Shown here piece after piece: positions 24,379-43,900 of a stretch of DNA of 64,000 nt. The stretch comes from Adineta vaga (taxonomy: Eukaryota; Animalia; Rotifera). Below the pieces are notes generated by a model. The model saw only the letters and a list, made by a program, of their open reading frames with translations, was not told where the DNA came from and made no database searches. How positions within the stretch are numbered: position 1 is the stretch's first letter; each line of letters starts with the position of its first letter. The position numbers were made by a program, and so were the translations under genes. The stretch is from assembly GCA_021613535.1 (NCBI GenBank), contig CP075496.1, forward strand, positions 7,626,001 through 7,690,000, written 5' to 3'.

Positions 24379-26321
24379 TTAACAACCATTTAATATAAGA
24401 TCAAACCGTTGAATGCGACAATTGTTTGTATCAGCAACATATAAATTATAATCTGCATCAAATCTCATTTGAGATGGACTATTCAATTGTATATCACTGT
24501 TACCAGCCGTTCCATTTCCAGCAATGGTTCGACCTTGTCGACTACCATTTAACCATACTAATATACGATGATTAAGAGTATCAGCGATAAACATATTATT
24601 TGCATCGGATGAATCAAGTTGGACAGCACTTGGATTATTAAGTTGTCCCCAACCTGCTACAGTCGTACATGTACTTCTACTATTGATAGTATATTTTTGA
24701 ATACGATTATTAGACATATCAGCAATGTAAAGAGAATTTGTTTGTTGATCAAATGCAAGACCTGATGGATTATTGAAAAGTGTTGAATTAGATTCAGATG
24801 CATTTGTTTCACCAACAATAACTGTGGCGGAATTTAATTCCAAATTCCAAGAAAGAATACGTCGATTTTGTGAATCAGCCATATAAAGGATGGATGAAGA
24901 TGATGTAGGAATGATTAAGCTGTTGATCTCATTGATTTGCGTCAGATCAGATCCCTTACCATAACGTCCAATCAATGTCACTCCATCTGGTGAACTCATA
25001 TTACTATTGAGAGAAAATACCTACATGTTCAATAACAATTTTTTGGCTTTCCATCATTATTCAATTGAATACAAAAAAAATAATTTAATACATACTTGTA
25101 TGCGATAATTATCTAAATCGGACACATACAACTGATTGTCACGAACTATAAAAAAAGAAACATTGAAGTTTCAATAGAATCATCATAGTATAGATAGAAC
25201 TTTTGAAAACCTACCAGTAAGTGCCGTTGGTCTAGCCAATAAATTATTCCAAGAACCATAAGAACCTGTACCAGCAGTAAGTATTCCTTCTTTAGCATTC
25301 CGATTCCATTTAGTAATACGATTAGTTGTAAGAATCAGCTACTAGGACTGTTCCATCAGCATATACATAGATATCAGAAGGATATCGTAAACCAGAAAGT
25401 GACGATGACGGTAAACTATTAGATAGACCAGCTACGGTAATACCTCTCGGATTCCAAGATGCTTTTGCAGTGCACAATCGTTTGTATCCTTTAGATACAG
25501 AGAATGTCAGACGTTCGAAAATACAATAGAATTTGGTATTACCTGACAGATGTAGCGAATCGGTTGTTAATGGTAGACCTATAAATTGCAAAGATATGTA
25601 TATAATATACAGTGAAGACACAACTTCATGAGTACCTATTTCATTTATTACTTGAAACAAATTCGAAAGGAAAATATCTGTTACATGACATCTCGACGGT
25701 AGATTTAATAAAACAAACGTAAAATGCTGAATAGAGTTAAATGAAAGTAGGGAAAAGAAGCACTGATGGCATGAATAACTGCAGATTCAATGACTTTTAA
25801 TTTTTTTTTATAGAAATTCGTCAGAACTTTTTACTATAGTAGTATAGATATGTTTGAATGTTAAATATCCTTACCCGTTGACGTTGGAAATTTCATCGGA
25901 AGAGGTGGTTGCGAACAGGGTGGTTCTTTAGTAACGAATCGAAACAAATGTTAATCATTCTTATATATTAATCTATGAAATATTTACTTTTCGTTTTTGT
26001 TAAAATAACTGGTACACCGATAATTGTTCCCAATAATAATAAAATGAAAACAATTAATGATACAGCACAACCTACTACTTTCCTATTCAAAGAAATATTA
26101 TTTTGGATTTTGAAAAACATTACTAAAAAAATTCGTCTACCAATTTGTTTTTTGTGATTGAAGATCTTGTTCTGTGTCAACACGTCGTTGTTGTTGGGAG
26201 AATGTACGTCGAAGAGAATCTAACTAGAAGATACATATTCGAAATGTCTTTTCAAACGGTAATTCAAACAAATATCTACTGCCGGTTGAATTTGGCCTGT
26301 TTTATGACGCAACCAAATCAT
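24379..26321 (-). CDS. Type II membrane-anchored NHL-repeat (beta-propeller) protein; multi-exon
   Basis: Single hydrophobic helix (VVGCAVSLIVFILLLLGTIIGVPVIL), CxxAxWN..GITVAG motif, and several NHL repeats (LYIADMSNNRIQK, FIADTLNHRIL, LYVADTNNCRIQRF). The start codon is inferred from a short upstream exon. Confidence 0.8.
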
Positions 26322-26878
26322 ATGTATATATTTATATCAAAAACAGGATTGGTTGGGAAAATCTACTAAAATACAACCAAGTTGAAAGTACGATCTTTAG
26401 AAAAGTAATTAGTAAATGATGTTTTAAATAAGAAAAAGCGACCTACGCATAAAAACGTTTAAGTATAAAAGATTTTTTTTTCTTGATACTTGAAGAAAGA
26501 AAAGAACAGTTGGTAATTACTTGCAAATAATTAGAAAAAGGCATTTCTTTCACTGAAGTTTTCATCAGCTAATATCTAACAAAATTTATCAGGAAAAACA
26601 GTACTTTTGCTAAGTAAAAGATAACATAGAATTCTGTTCGCGAGTAATTTCACCTTAGGTAGACACAGTCAACACTTTTTTCTTAACTGAACATATAAAT
26701 GTGAGATACGCCTACGTAAGATAAATATGAAAAAATGAGACTGTATGAAGCGCGCACGACTGATTTAATAAAAACTGTTCTTGACCTTACAATCAACATA
26801 GAATACTGAATTCTAACTGTTATCCATCAAAGAAAAAACATTTGTTCTAGATTTAAATATAATTTTCATTTATTAGAA

Positions 26879-28521
26879 ATGGAACTAACAGTTATGAGTA
26901 TCCGAGTGAGTATCATAAATATCGAAAAATATCTTTTTTTTAAACATAGAAAATCCACTAGTCCGACAACCGACAACCTCCTGTAATAACACAACAACCA
27001 CATCCTTTGTATCGATGGTGGATGCGACATCATATGCATATTGGATTAGCTAGTATGGCAGGTTCAGCAATCTTATCGTGTGTTATAGCAGTAATACTTC
27101 TACCAATTGCTGTGCAAAAACCATCAGAAGGTTTGTCATAATAAAACAAGCAAAAACACATATAAATTTATTTTTGTTGTTCGATTTTAGAAGAAGAACA
27201 GTGTAATTTGTCACGTACTCCAATAACAAGACCATATCCATGGAGTACTCAATCACCATGTTAGTTTTCACATTTATTTTTTTATTTCTTAAAAACAAAT
27301 ATTTCGATTTATTTTCTTTTACAGTTCCACAAAGAAATATAACTGTAGGAAATCGTTCATCACCAGGTACACAACAGAGCAACTTTGTTTCAATTTTACC
27401 TTTCAGTTTTTTTTTCTCTCTTACATACAGTTATATTCGATCGTCTGTGTGCATCCAATGCTAGTTGGCGGACCCGAGCAAATACTATCGCTGGATCATC
27501 AAATGATACAGATTCACTTTCACGAACAAATCTTAGAAATCCGAATGATATATTGATTGATTTCGACGGTAGTTTATTTATCGCTGATTCCAATAATAAT
27601 CGTATCGCATATTGGTCGGTAAATGCAACGGAAGGCTTTATCGTTGTTGGAACAGGAGCCGTTGGTTCATGGATTAATTTACTTAAATATGCTGCTGCTA
27701 TTGTAGGTAAGCAAAAGAGTTTTGAGTAAAAATAAAGATTTTTCATATCGTCTGATTATATTTTCTGTTGTAGCGTGGAATGATCAATTAATTGTGTCAG
27801 ATCTGGATAATTATCGAGTGATGGCATTTCCATACAGTACAATTGAAGGCGCACCAGACGGTGTAACAATTGTCGGTCATTATGGAGCAGGATCTGCTTT
27901 AAATCAGATTAATGCGGCGTATTATCTATGTGTAGATACAATTCGCCAAATACTTTATTTATCTGATTCAGGAAATCATCGTATATTAAAATTGAACTCT
28001 GCTGATTATACATTACAGCTCGTGGTTGGTACTGGAATGATCAACTCAGATAATGTTAGTCTTAATCTTCCATTAGGTCTTGCTGTTGATGAAATCACTG
28101 GAGCACTTTATGTAGCAGATTCTCAAAATCATCGAATACAAAAATTTGACTTAAAGTCAAAAGAAGGTTTGACAGTAGCTGGTGGCAAAGGTTCTGGACA
28201 AGGGCTTTCTCAACTTTTTCTACCTTCGGGTGTAACAATTGATACAGCTGGAAATATTTACATTGCAGATACCGGAAATCATCGAATAATTCAATGGCTA
28301 GTCGGTGCTGATCAAGGACGTTTAATTGCAGGTAAAAATTAGTAAAAACTTCATACTTAATGATATATTATCTTATCTTAGGTACTGGTATTTCTGGTAA
28401 TAGTGATATTCTACTTAATCATCCTGTTCAATTAAAATTTGATCGTCACTATAATCTCTATGTTGTCGACCGAAACAACAGTCGAATACAGCGTTTTGAT
28501 TTATCATCCAATGGATGCTAA
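26879..28521 (+). CDS. Type II membrane-anchored NHL-repeat protein, paralog divergently oriented to the previous gene; multi-exon
   Basis: TM segment IGLASMAGSAILSCVIAVILLPIAV, LCASNASW, and NHL repeats (LFIADSNNNRI, LYLSDSGNHRI, LYVADSQNHRIQKF, IYIADTGNHRI). Ends RIQRFDLSSNGC*, like its neighbour (RIQRFDLILNGC*). The start is uncertain. Confidence 0.8.
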
Positions 28522-28956
28522 ATAACTAAAAATTATCGTAAAATTTGAACTGTTTTTAAAACATCAGTCGTTTTATTTTTTTTTATTTGAAAATAAAAAA
28601 AATATACTTGCGAATATCTTTGATATGAATCTATTTCGGTGGATATTGATCACTCGGACAAAATGTATCTTTTTTTCAAAATGACAGGTTTATATCTTTC
28701 GTAGAGATGTATGAAAATAACTGTCGTAGCAAGAACACAATGAGTCTGTTCTGATAAACTACTTACTGTGTGTGATGCCATTGGTTTTCTTATTATGTGT
28801 ATTCTGAAAATGAGCGTCATCTTTCGTCAGATGGAACTCACTCGCTTATGAGTCCGTCAAATTATAGTGTTCTGTTTCTAGTAAAATCAAAGAAAATAGA
28901 AGAATATCAACTGTATATCCTCATCATAACATTCTTTCATTCATTTTAATACATTC

Positions 28957-31900
28957 ATGACTACGATTCAACTACGTGATAATACGTCAAACCTTGGTAA
29001 AATGCTACGACTTATACAATAAGATTTGATTATTAATCAATCACGTCTTCTTCTTTTTATTTAGATACTCCGGTATTATCAATATTAAAAATTTCACCAC
29101 AACGTGATCAACAAATCTTTCGTACTGCATTCATTCAGTCTACAGCTAGTCTATTCGTAATAGTATGTGGAACATGTGCTGCACTAGTATATTGCATATT
29201 AGAACCATTTATACAAAGCATTCTATGGGCCATCCTTGCCGGTGCATTTTTATTTCCATTTAAAAATCATTTTACTTCCTTAGCACTTTATTATTTACAA
29301 CAATTAGATAAGAATTCATATGTGTTATGTTATGGTTTAGTTATACTTTTACCGTTACAAATTTTTGATAAAACTATCGAATCTATTGGACCAATATGTA
29401 TTCGAAATTGGAAACAATTAATATTAATTTGTATTTTCTTACCCTCTATTGAATTTCTACAATCAGATATTGTTTATCGATGGATAAAAACAATAGAATA
29501 TGATTATTTTTTATTCTTTGAAAAATACATACATTTATTCGATTCTCTCTGGGTGATATTAATGATACTTATTTATTTATGTGCTGTTTTAACTGTTTAT
29601 AATTGTTCATTGACTATACAATATTTATTGAAAAGTTTAGCCATACCAATCTGGTTTTGTTTATTTATTTATCTTTCACAAATCTTTCCCATTAATTATC
29701 GGTTGATAATACTTACATTTACTATGATTTTAATATGTTGTGGTTTTTTACTCGATCAAAAGATTAACCGTAAGTCATTAACAGATATTCAAAAGATAAA
29801 TCAGCGAAAACTCATGTTGTAATCAGTGAAGCGCTAGAAACTGTATGGCTTATACATTTTTTTCTCATTTGATATAATTATTGATATCTAACGAGGTTTT
29901 TGAGGGTGTGAATGTGGGTCTTTCTTCCCATCTGGCACTAACAATCCCACATTTAGCAAAAAAGTCTTTTCGCTTAAATATCTTTCGCGGGTTTCTCACC
30001 ATATCACATATAACATTCAATAGATTCTTTCTTTTAATCTAGAGCTAAACTCTACTCAGATTGATCAAGCATCAATGCATATTAAAATATTCAATACTTT
30101 CGATCGTTTTCGAATCTATCTACAAATGAAAACTAGGACAACAGTTATTTCATCATCATCTTCTTCATCAACGACATATTTCTCATTTATATTCTGGTCT
30201 TTCATGGCTCTGAAAATCTATCAATTCTATTGGTATTTAATTCCGATATCGTTATTTATTATCATTTATAAAATTATTAAATGTTTTCTTCTCTATACAT
30301 GTATTTATTTCAATCGACAAGGACGTTTACAACATATCATTCAACGATTTATTCAATTTTGGAAAAATCGGTAAAAAAATCTTTTTTTTTCTTTCTTATT
30401 TACAGTTTCTTTCTCATTTTTATTAGACGTGAAGTTATATTACCATCGCCATTACATGGTATCCTACAATTGTTCATGAAGGGAGATAAGAAAATCAATC
30501 ATATTTTACAAGAAACGATTGATTGTATTGTTAGTGCGTGTATGATTGTAATATTATTTATCATCGTTCTTTTTGGTTCTATATTTCTTATTATACAGGT
30601 TTAAAAGTCGTTTGATTTAATAAATATTTTTACATTTTATTTTTTAATATAGATTCAACATGAAAGTATACATATGATTAAATTAGTTAGTAGTTTTATT
30701 AATGAAACTATAGTATTACAACATATCTTGCCAGATAAAGATCATGTTAGTCATTTGATGAACACAGCTGTTAATAAATTTTATATTATCGGGCGACGTT
30801 GGATTACGACACAGGTTAACAAATTTTGATGAAACTAATATTTGTAAATGGATTTTTTATTGAATAGGTTGCTACAATACAACCACCGCGAGTCGAACCA
30901 CAGTGTTGTCTTCCCTTAAATGTCGTATCCGATGAATCGCCGTATATGAATGTGAGTATCATTGTAATGAGAGAAAAGAAACGGCTTAACAAGTAATATA
31001 TATTTCTCATATTGATTGATAGGTAGATACATTTGCCCATGATAGTTTATCCAATAAAAACCTTGAGGAGCAAGTATTACAAATATGGGATCGTCTGTAT
31101 ACCTATATAACAAATACTTCAATATTTAGTTCACATAAAAATCAAAGTCGAATATTAAGTTTATCATCGAATCGAAGTTTTACTCTAACGAATTTTCAAC
31201 TACATATTGAGGATTTCTATGCTCTTATACGTAATAATCTTGATTTATTGCATACTATTTTCGATACGATTCGATCAAATGCTACACTTGTATTAACATT
31301 AATTTCAACAGTCATATCATTATTATATACCGGTGGTTTTGCTCTCGTGAATTTTTTTGTTTCATTTATTGTATTTATTACTTTACTTTTCTATCTTTTA
31401 TCACATTCAAATCAGCGAATCTATCTACCAACTCAATGGCTTAATAACATATTAGCAATAGGTGGTTCAGGTCTTGGTCAAGCTGTTAATGATGTAGTAA
31501 CCAGTGTTTTTATTGCTTCAGTTAAGATCGCTGCTTTTTACGGTCTTTATACATATGTATTACATACTTTATTCAGTTCAAATCTTGTTTTTCTACCATC
31601 GGCAATTGCTGCTATATGTGCAGTGACATTAAAATCTTATTGGGCAGCATTACCAGGTTGTTTAGATTTGTGGCTTGTACAACAACGTCCATTCGGTGCA
31701 TTACTATTATTAATTGGTCAGATTATACCGGTTTATATTGTCGATACGGCTTTCTATAGCGAAGTAAAAGGTGGTGGACATCAGGTAAATTAGTTTGAAA
31801 ATTTATGACAATATCTTTATTTCATGTAAAAGTATAACATAAGAAAAGAATTTAAGATTATCATCTCAGTATTGAGCGTACTATAGTGTATTCTTGAAGT

Positions 31901-32149
31901 TGATATTTGTTTAAATATGACAAATGATGAATATAAGTAGTAGAAAAACCATCCAATTACATCTTTTTTATTTTATTATTCCTTTCATAGTATTTAACGG
32001 CATTAGCTATCGCTGGGGGCGTGTATTATAGTGGTATTGAAGGTGCTTTCATTGGTCCTATTATTTTATGTTGTTTATTAGTTGGTATTCGAATGTACAA
32101 TGAAACAATTGCTACAATTCCATCAAATGATATAAGAAACACATCATAA
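28957..32149 (+). CDS. TMEM245: Transmembrane protein 245 (AI-2E/PerM-like polytopic membrane protein); multi-exon
   Basis: N-terminal VYCILEPFIQSILWAILAGAFLFPFK, SVKIAAFYGLYTY, YWAALPGCLDLWL and C-terminal YLTALAIAGGVYYSGIEGAFIGPIILC match TMEM245 motifs. Confidence 0.85.
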
Positions 32150-32270
32150 TCATTTATGTGATTCAATCAGTAATCAATTTTCTGACACAAGAATTCTCAT
32201 ATTATATTTTTTTCCGAAAATAAAGATTTTATATTTAGATTTAGAAGTTTTCTAAAACTTTCAATTCTAG

Positions 32271-37596
<5,326 letters not shown>

Positions 37597-37955
37597 GTTA
37601 TGTTATGAAATGCAATGTATTTAATCGCATGAATATTATTTATCACCAGGGAACTGTTTACAAATCATTCACTTAGGAAATATTTTGAATACTATCTCTT
37701 TTTAAATGATCTATTGTTTCTTATTTACTAAATCTCGCATTTTTCATTAATAGAAATATAATAGAGTATGAATTATCAATAATTAGTAGATGTTTCGAAG
37801 AAAGAATATTATACTTTATTTTTATTGTGAAGTGATAAATTTGTTATAATTATGCAAACATTTTTGAAAAGAAATTCACACTGAAATGGTAGATTATTAG
37901 ATAAAAACACGCTTAAAATATAGTAAGCAGGATTTAATAAAAATAAACAAATTAA

Positions 37956-40900
37956 TTAGTCTTCAAACCAGGAAGAAAGCCAATCTACAATACTACGTCG
38001 TCGTCGCCCTACAGTTAATGATAATGCTAAAAGAAAAGTCAATATCCATCAGTCATACTATACCTGTTGTACAACTTGGATAATAACACGGTCGAGTACC
38101 ATTTGTTGATGGATTCGCCTCACAATTTGAACAAGCTGCACCTTGTCCATCAATACAGAATCGTTGTCGAAAGTATGAACCAGTACCACATGTTTGACTA
38201 CATTGACCATTAACCCATGATGACCACGAACAAACTAGTGATATGCATTCGATGATATATATTTTCTTTTGAACATTTATACTGCTTACCATTGCAAACA
38301 TTTGTATTACATAATACAGTAGTATTTGTAAATATTCCACATGCACTTGAATTCGAACAAAGTGTAGGAATAGAATCATCGGACGAAGCAATATTGTAAC
38401 ATGTTCGATTTACTATCTGAGTACCATTACCACACGTTCTTGTACATGTAGTAGCGGGTACGAACGGACCAAATTCACAAACTAAATTAGATTAATATAT
38501 TAAAATATGATTTTCATAGATCTTCTCATGTTTAGTCAAACCTTCACATGATGATTCTTGACATATTTGTGTCTGATTATTGACACCCTCACAAGTATTA
38601 CATGGTGTGTTTGAATTTAGATACAGACAAGATCGTTCACGTGTTTGAGTACCTAAACCACATGATGCATCACATATTGACCACGCTGTCCAGCTAAAAT
38701 ATGAGCAATCTATTCGATAAAAGAAAGGAAAAAAATAGAGGTACATTTTGATATCACAGGTGATTTTATCACAAATTAAGAAATCTTACTGGAACAATTA
38801 CTAGATAGTAGCATCGCTTGTGGAACAGTATCTGCAGTGTTATTGAGTTTCATGCATTGATAGGTACGACATGAATTTTCTATCCAAACAGATCCAAGCT
38901 ATAGAATATTTTGAAAAGAGAATTTTATCAATGAATTAAATGTTAAATATATATATATAGATATATACGTACAGTATGTTTTACATTGTTTAATCCATAG
39001 CAACCACAATCACACCATAAACTACATGAATTTGTTGCACTATTCCATGCATATGGTGATCTACACATACATCCAGGTAATTGTGATAAACACCATGTTG
39101 TGTTCGTTGGATCAGAACATAGTGAAGGACATGTTGTCGTTGATGAATTGACAAATACTTGATTTGTTAGACATACTAATCCAATAAAAGAATAAACTAA
39201 ATGATAATTAAAAAAACTATAATCGATTCTTTACAAGGACAATCAGCTAGTTCAATACAATTGGTTACATTGAATGCTACTCCATCACAGCCTTTACCAC
39301 CTAAAATAAAGAGAACATTTTCTTTATTCTTCAATGTCAAAATGAATGCAACGATATACCGTTTGAAGGTGCTGGACTATCACAAATACGAGTAGTATAT
39401 TTTGTTGAAGTTTTACCACAAGTCGCTGAACAAGCTGACCATGGTTTCCATGAACTCCATGCACCATCAACTAGATCAAACGAATATATATTTATTCAGT
39501 AAGATGTTGTTTTGAAAGAGTCATACTTGGACAATTTTGTGAAGCGGTACACGCTTCTGTAAGTGTTGAAGAACCAGGACATGATATACCACCGAAGGTT
39601 GGTATTATTTGTGCACACGTACGGGTACGAACAGTCTGTAATACGAGTAAAAAATATGTTTAATGTAAATTACTTTTAAAATGATAATTATCTTACAATT
39701 CCAGTACCACATGTAGCTGAACAAGGGCTTTGTGTACTCCATGTTGTCCACTGTCCATCGACTATCATATGATGAAAGAAAAATATCACAATCACTATAT
39801 ATGTATATATGACAATATACAAACCTGGACAGGTAACATTTGTTGCACATGTAATCGTTTGAGTAGCGGAACCAAAGCATGGCTGTCCGCCATTAGATTG
39901 ACCAGTACATAATCTTGTTCTTGTTTGTATACCGCTACCACATGAAGCAGTGCATTCAGAATAATTATCCCAACTACTCCAAACACCATCCACAGGACAA
40001 CCAATCGATGAATTACAAGATTCGATTTCATAATTGGAACCAACACATGGTAAACCAGTTGTGTTACATAGGCGGATCTTCAAAAAACAAAATTAGCAAA
40101 AAAAAGAAATAATTGTACCATCATAACTAGAACATGAACATACTCTTCGGTGAATACCAAATCCACCTGAAAATGAAGTAGAGAACAACTTATATAGAAC
40201 AATTAAAATTAATCTAAAAGTAACACGTACATGTTGTTGCACATTCAGACCAACTACTCCAATTTCCCCATGCACCAATATCTAGTAGATTCAATAGTAA
40301 ATGTCGTCATTTTTCTTTTTTTTCTATCTAAATACTTACTAACAGTAGGACTTGACGCTAAACATCAGATGGAAAACAGAATTATGAACCTTATCTCCTT
40401 TCTCAATAGTTCGATTACATACCACAAGTCGTATTACCACATGCACCGTCAATTTCAATAGATGATCCAACACAAGATAAACCACCGTTTGATGGTACAG
40501 GATTAGAACAAGTTCGATTACGATATCGTCGACCACCAACACATGTTGATGAACATGTTGACCAAGCATTCCAAACAGTCCAACTACCATCTATTGGACA
40601 TGTAGTTGATCCATTACAAATTGCTGCTTCTATTGAATCACCGACGCATAATTGTCCACTTTAATTAAAAAAAGAGAAGAAAGAATTCAATTGATAGATC
40701 TTGGTTTTTATTGAGTAACTGACCCATTTGAAGGCGGAGGTGAATCACATGTACGAAAACGATATTGATTACCAATAGCACACGATGTTGATGAACAATT
40801 TGTCCAACTTGTCCAATTTCCCCATCCACCATCAACTGTAACATATGTAAGTTATATGATGATATTCAATCATTTAAACAAAATGTCTATACTAACCTGG

Positions 40901-43900
40901 ACACGTTATATTTGTGCTACATTGTTGTGCTTCCAAAGAAGAACCAGCACATTGTACACCTCCTTCTGTCATTGTACAATCTCTTGTTCTAGACCGATGA
41001 CTTGTAATAAAAATTTCGTAAGTGAAAATTATAACATACCGAACTTGAAGACCAGTACCACATGTACCACTACATACGCTCCAACTAGTCCAATTTTCCC
41101 AAACGCCAATCACTACAAACAAAAAAGGATAGAGTAAGTTGGAGTATTTTGTTAAAGAAAAATTCTACTGACAAGGACATGTTGTATTTTCATTACATGT
41201 TGCTATTTCCAAGGCAGGTCCAATACATAATTCATTGAAATTATTTGTATTATTACAGTAACGAATCTAAATATAGTTGAAAACAAATTTGAAACTATAT
41301 CTCCAAGTAGAAGATACTAACTCGAGTATGAACACCTGCACCACATGTTGTACTACAAGGTGAATAACTTCCCCATTCACTCCAATTACCGTTAATCGGA
41401 CAACTAACATTGGTATTACAATTCTGTGTTCGTAATGCATCACCAGAACATAATAAGCCACCCATTGTTGGAGTTGAAGTATTGCAAGCTCTATATCAAA
41501 TTAGAATCAGATACATTGTACATTTAAATCTTTAAAAACTCTTACCTAGTTTGATACTGAGTACCGTTTCCACAACTAACAGAACAGGATGACCAACTAG
41601 ACCATTGACTCCAATTACCAGTGACTGATTCAATAAATAAATAAATATACATGTATATTACCTCCATTTCTCAAGGAATAAAAATGTTACTCACCTGAAT
41701 TCCATGGTGTTGGAGCTGTAGAAACAGAAACAGAGAGATTACTTGCAAAAATCTTGATTATATCAATACATACTAGTACAAGTAAATCCTGAATCACATG
41801 CTTCGACAAGAACTGAATTACCAACACAATTCATTGAACCACTCGGTAAACATGTTCGATTACGTATCCGAATCCCATAACCACACGAAACCTTTGAAAT
41901 ATATATATTAAAGATTTGGAAATTTATTTCTCAATGGTTTCTTACTGAACAATTTGTAGCATTCGACCATTCACTCCAGGATCCCATAACTATCGGAATA
42001 AATAGAATTTTGTTATTAGAGAAATATTTGCAATTTTTCTACCTGGACAAGTAACATTAGATATATTACAGAGCATACTATCAACTGCTGAACCAATACA
42101 AACTATGCCGCCAAATTGTGGTGACGGATTTGAACAATTTCTAAGTAAAAGATCAATCAAATTTGCTTACTTCTATTTTGTTATTTTACCTATATCGAAG
42201 TCGATAACCAATACCACATGTTGATGAACATGCAGATTGTGTCCAATTTGACCAACCACCATCAACTAAAATCATTTACATAGATCAATTCTGAAAATAA
42301 ACTTTTCCCTTCGAATTAATATACTTGGACAAGTAATATTTGTAATACATGTTCTTGTATCTTTTGAATCACCAATACATTGTAATCCTATCGATAGAGT
42401 GATTTTCATGAAAGAGAAGTCATCAATCAAATATAATTCTTCATTACCTCCATGTTGTGGTAATGGGACATTACAATTACGTGTGCGTACTTGTGTCCCA
42501 TTGGCACAACTACAGAAAGAAAATTCTTTTCGATTTCTTGTTTTCAAATAGACGATACACACGTTACTGAACATGGTCCATATTCGGTATAATTCGACCA
42601 ACCACCATCGACTATAAATTACAATAATTGTATTTTAATGACTCTTTATTAAAGTATCTACTTGGACAAGTGATATTAGTGGCACATGTTTCATATTCTA
42701 GTGCTGCACCAATGCATGGATAACCACCATTTGATTGTCCTGTACAATTACGATATCCTGTACAAAAGAAATGATATGGGATGAAAAACATATTGTTACT
42801 ATTAATTTAAAACTTACTTGCTCGAGTTCCATTACCACAAGTACCTGCACATGAACTCCAAGTTGTCCAAATGCTCCAACTTCCATTTACTATTATTCCA
42901 AAATAGTTATATTTATAACATACAAACACAATAACTTACTAGTATTACCAATAGTTACTGCAAAAATAAAGCGAAGAAAAATAAGGATTATTAAATATTT
43001 AAAAGGTAATTTTCAATACATACAAAAGACACAAGAAATCTGATCATTGCATGTTTGATATTGATAACTTGATCCTATACAAGGAGCTCCATTATTAGCT
43101 GGTGATGGATTTGTACAATCCCTGCAAAAAATACATTTTCTTACGTACATATACCCATATTTATGAAGTCTTTTTAATCAAACGATACCTTGTTCGTGAT
43201 TGTAAACCTCCCGAACAATTTAACGAACAACTCGTCCAATCTGTCCACAGTGCCCATCCACCGTCGACTAAATTGAATTGATAATAGTAATAAAAATAGA
43301 TTTAAAAAAAAGGTCATCTCCTACGATCTACCTGGACATGATACATTTGTTAGACAGTAAGCTGTTTCAAGTGGTGAACCAATACATAGATCACCGCCAA
43401 AGTTTGGTATTGGATTATTACATTCGCGAACCTATAATCGTCAAATTTCAATTTTAAATATTCTTGCTGTTTTTCCATCGAAAAACAACTCACTCGAGTA
43501 TAGATACCAACACCACAAGTAGCACTACATGCTGAATAATTACTCCAAGTATTCCAACCACCGTCAACTAAATCAACGCATACGACGTTAACATTTAACA
43601 TTGAAAAGATTAAATAGGCAATTTACTAGGACATGATCTGTTGAGATCACATACTTCTTCCAATCTAGTTGCACCAACACACATAAGACCACCTCCCATT
43701 GGTAGAGTACAATTACGTGTTCGAATTCTTGTACCATTACCACACGTACCTACACAAGTTGTGCTTGTACCTTTTAAAATTAAGAATATAAAAATCAAAT
43801 ATACTGGAGTAAATAAAAATTTCACAACATACTCCAAGTTCCCCAGGCGCCATCAACAGGACAAGCGATACCAGTTAAACATGTTTCTGTTACAACTGCT

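Noticed and set aside
28957-32149. miR-32/miR-92-family microRNA in a TMEM245 intron, as in vertebrates
   Set aside because: I found no TATTGCAC seed-bearing hairpin in the introns.
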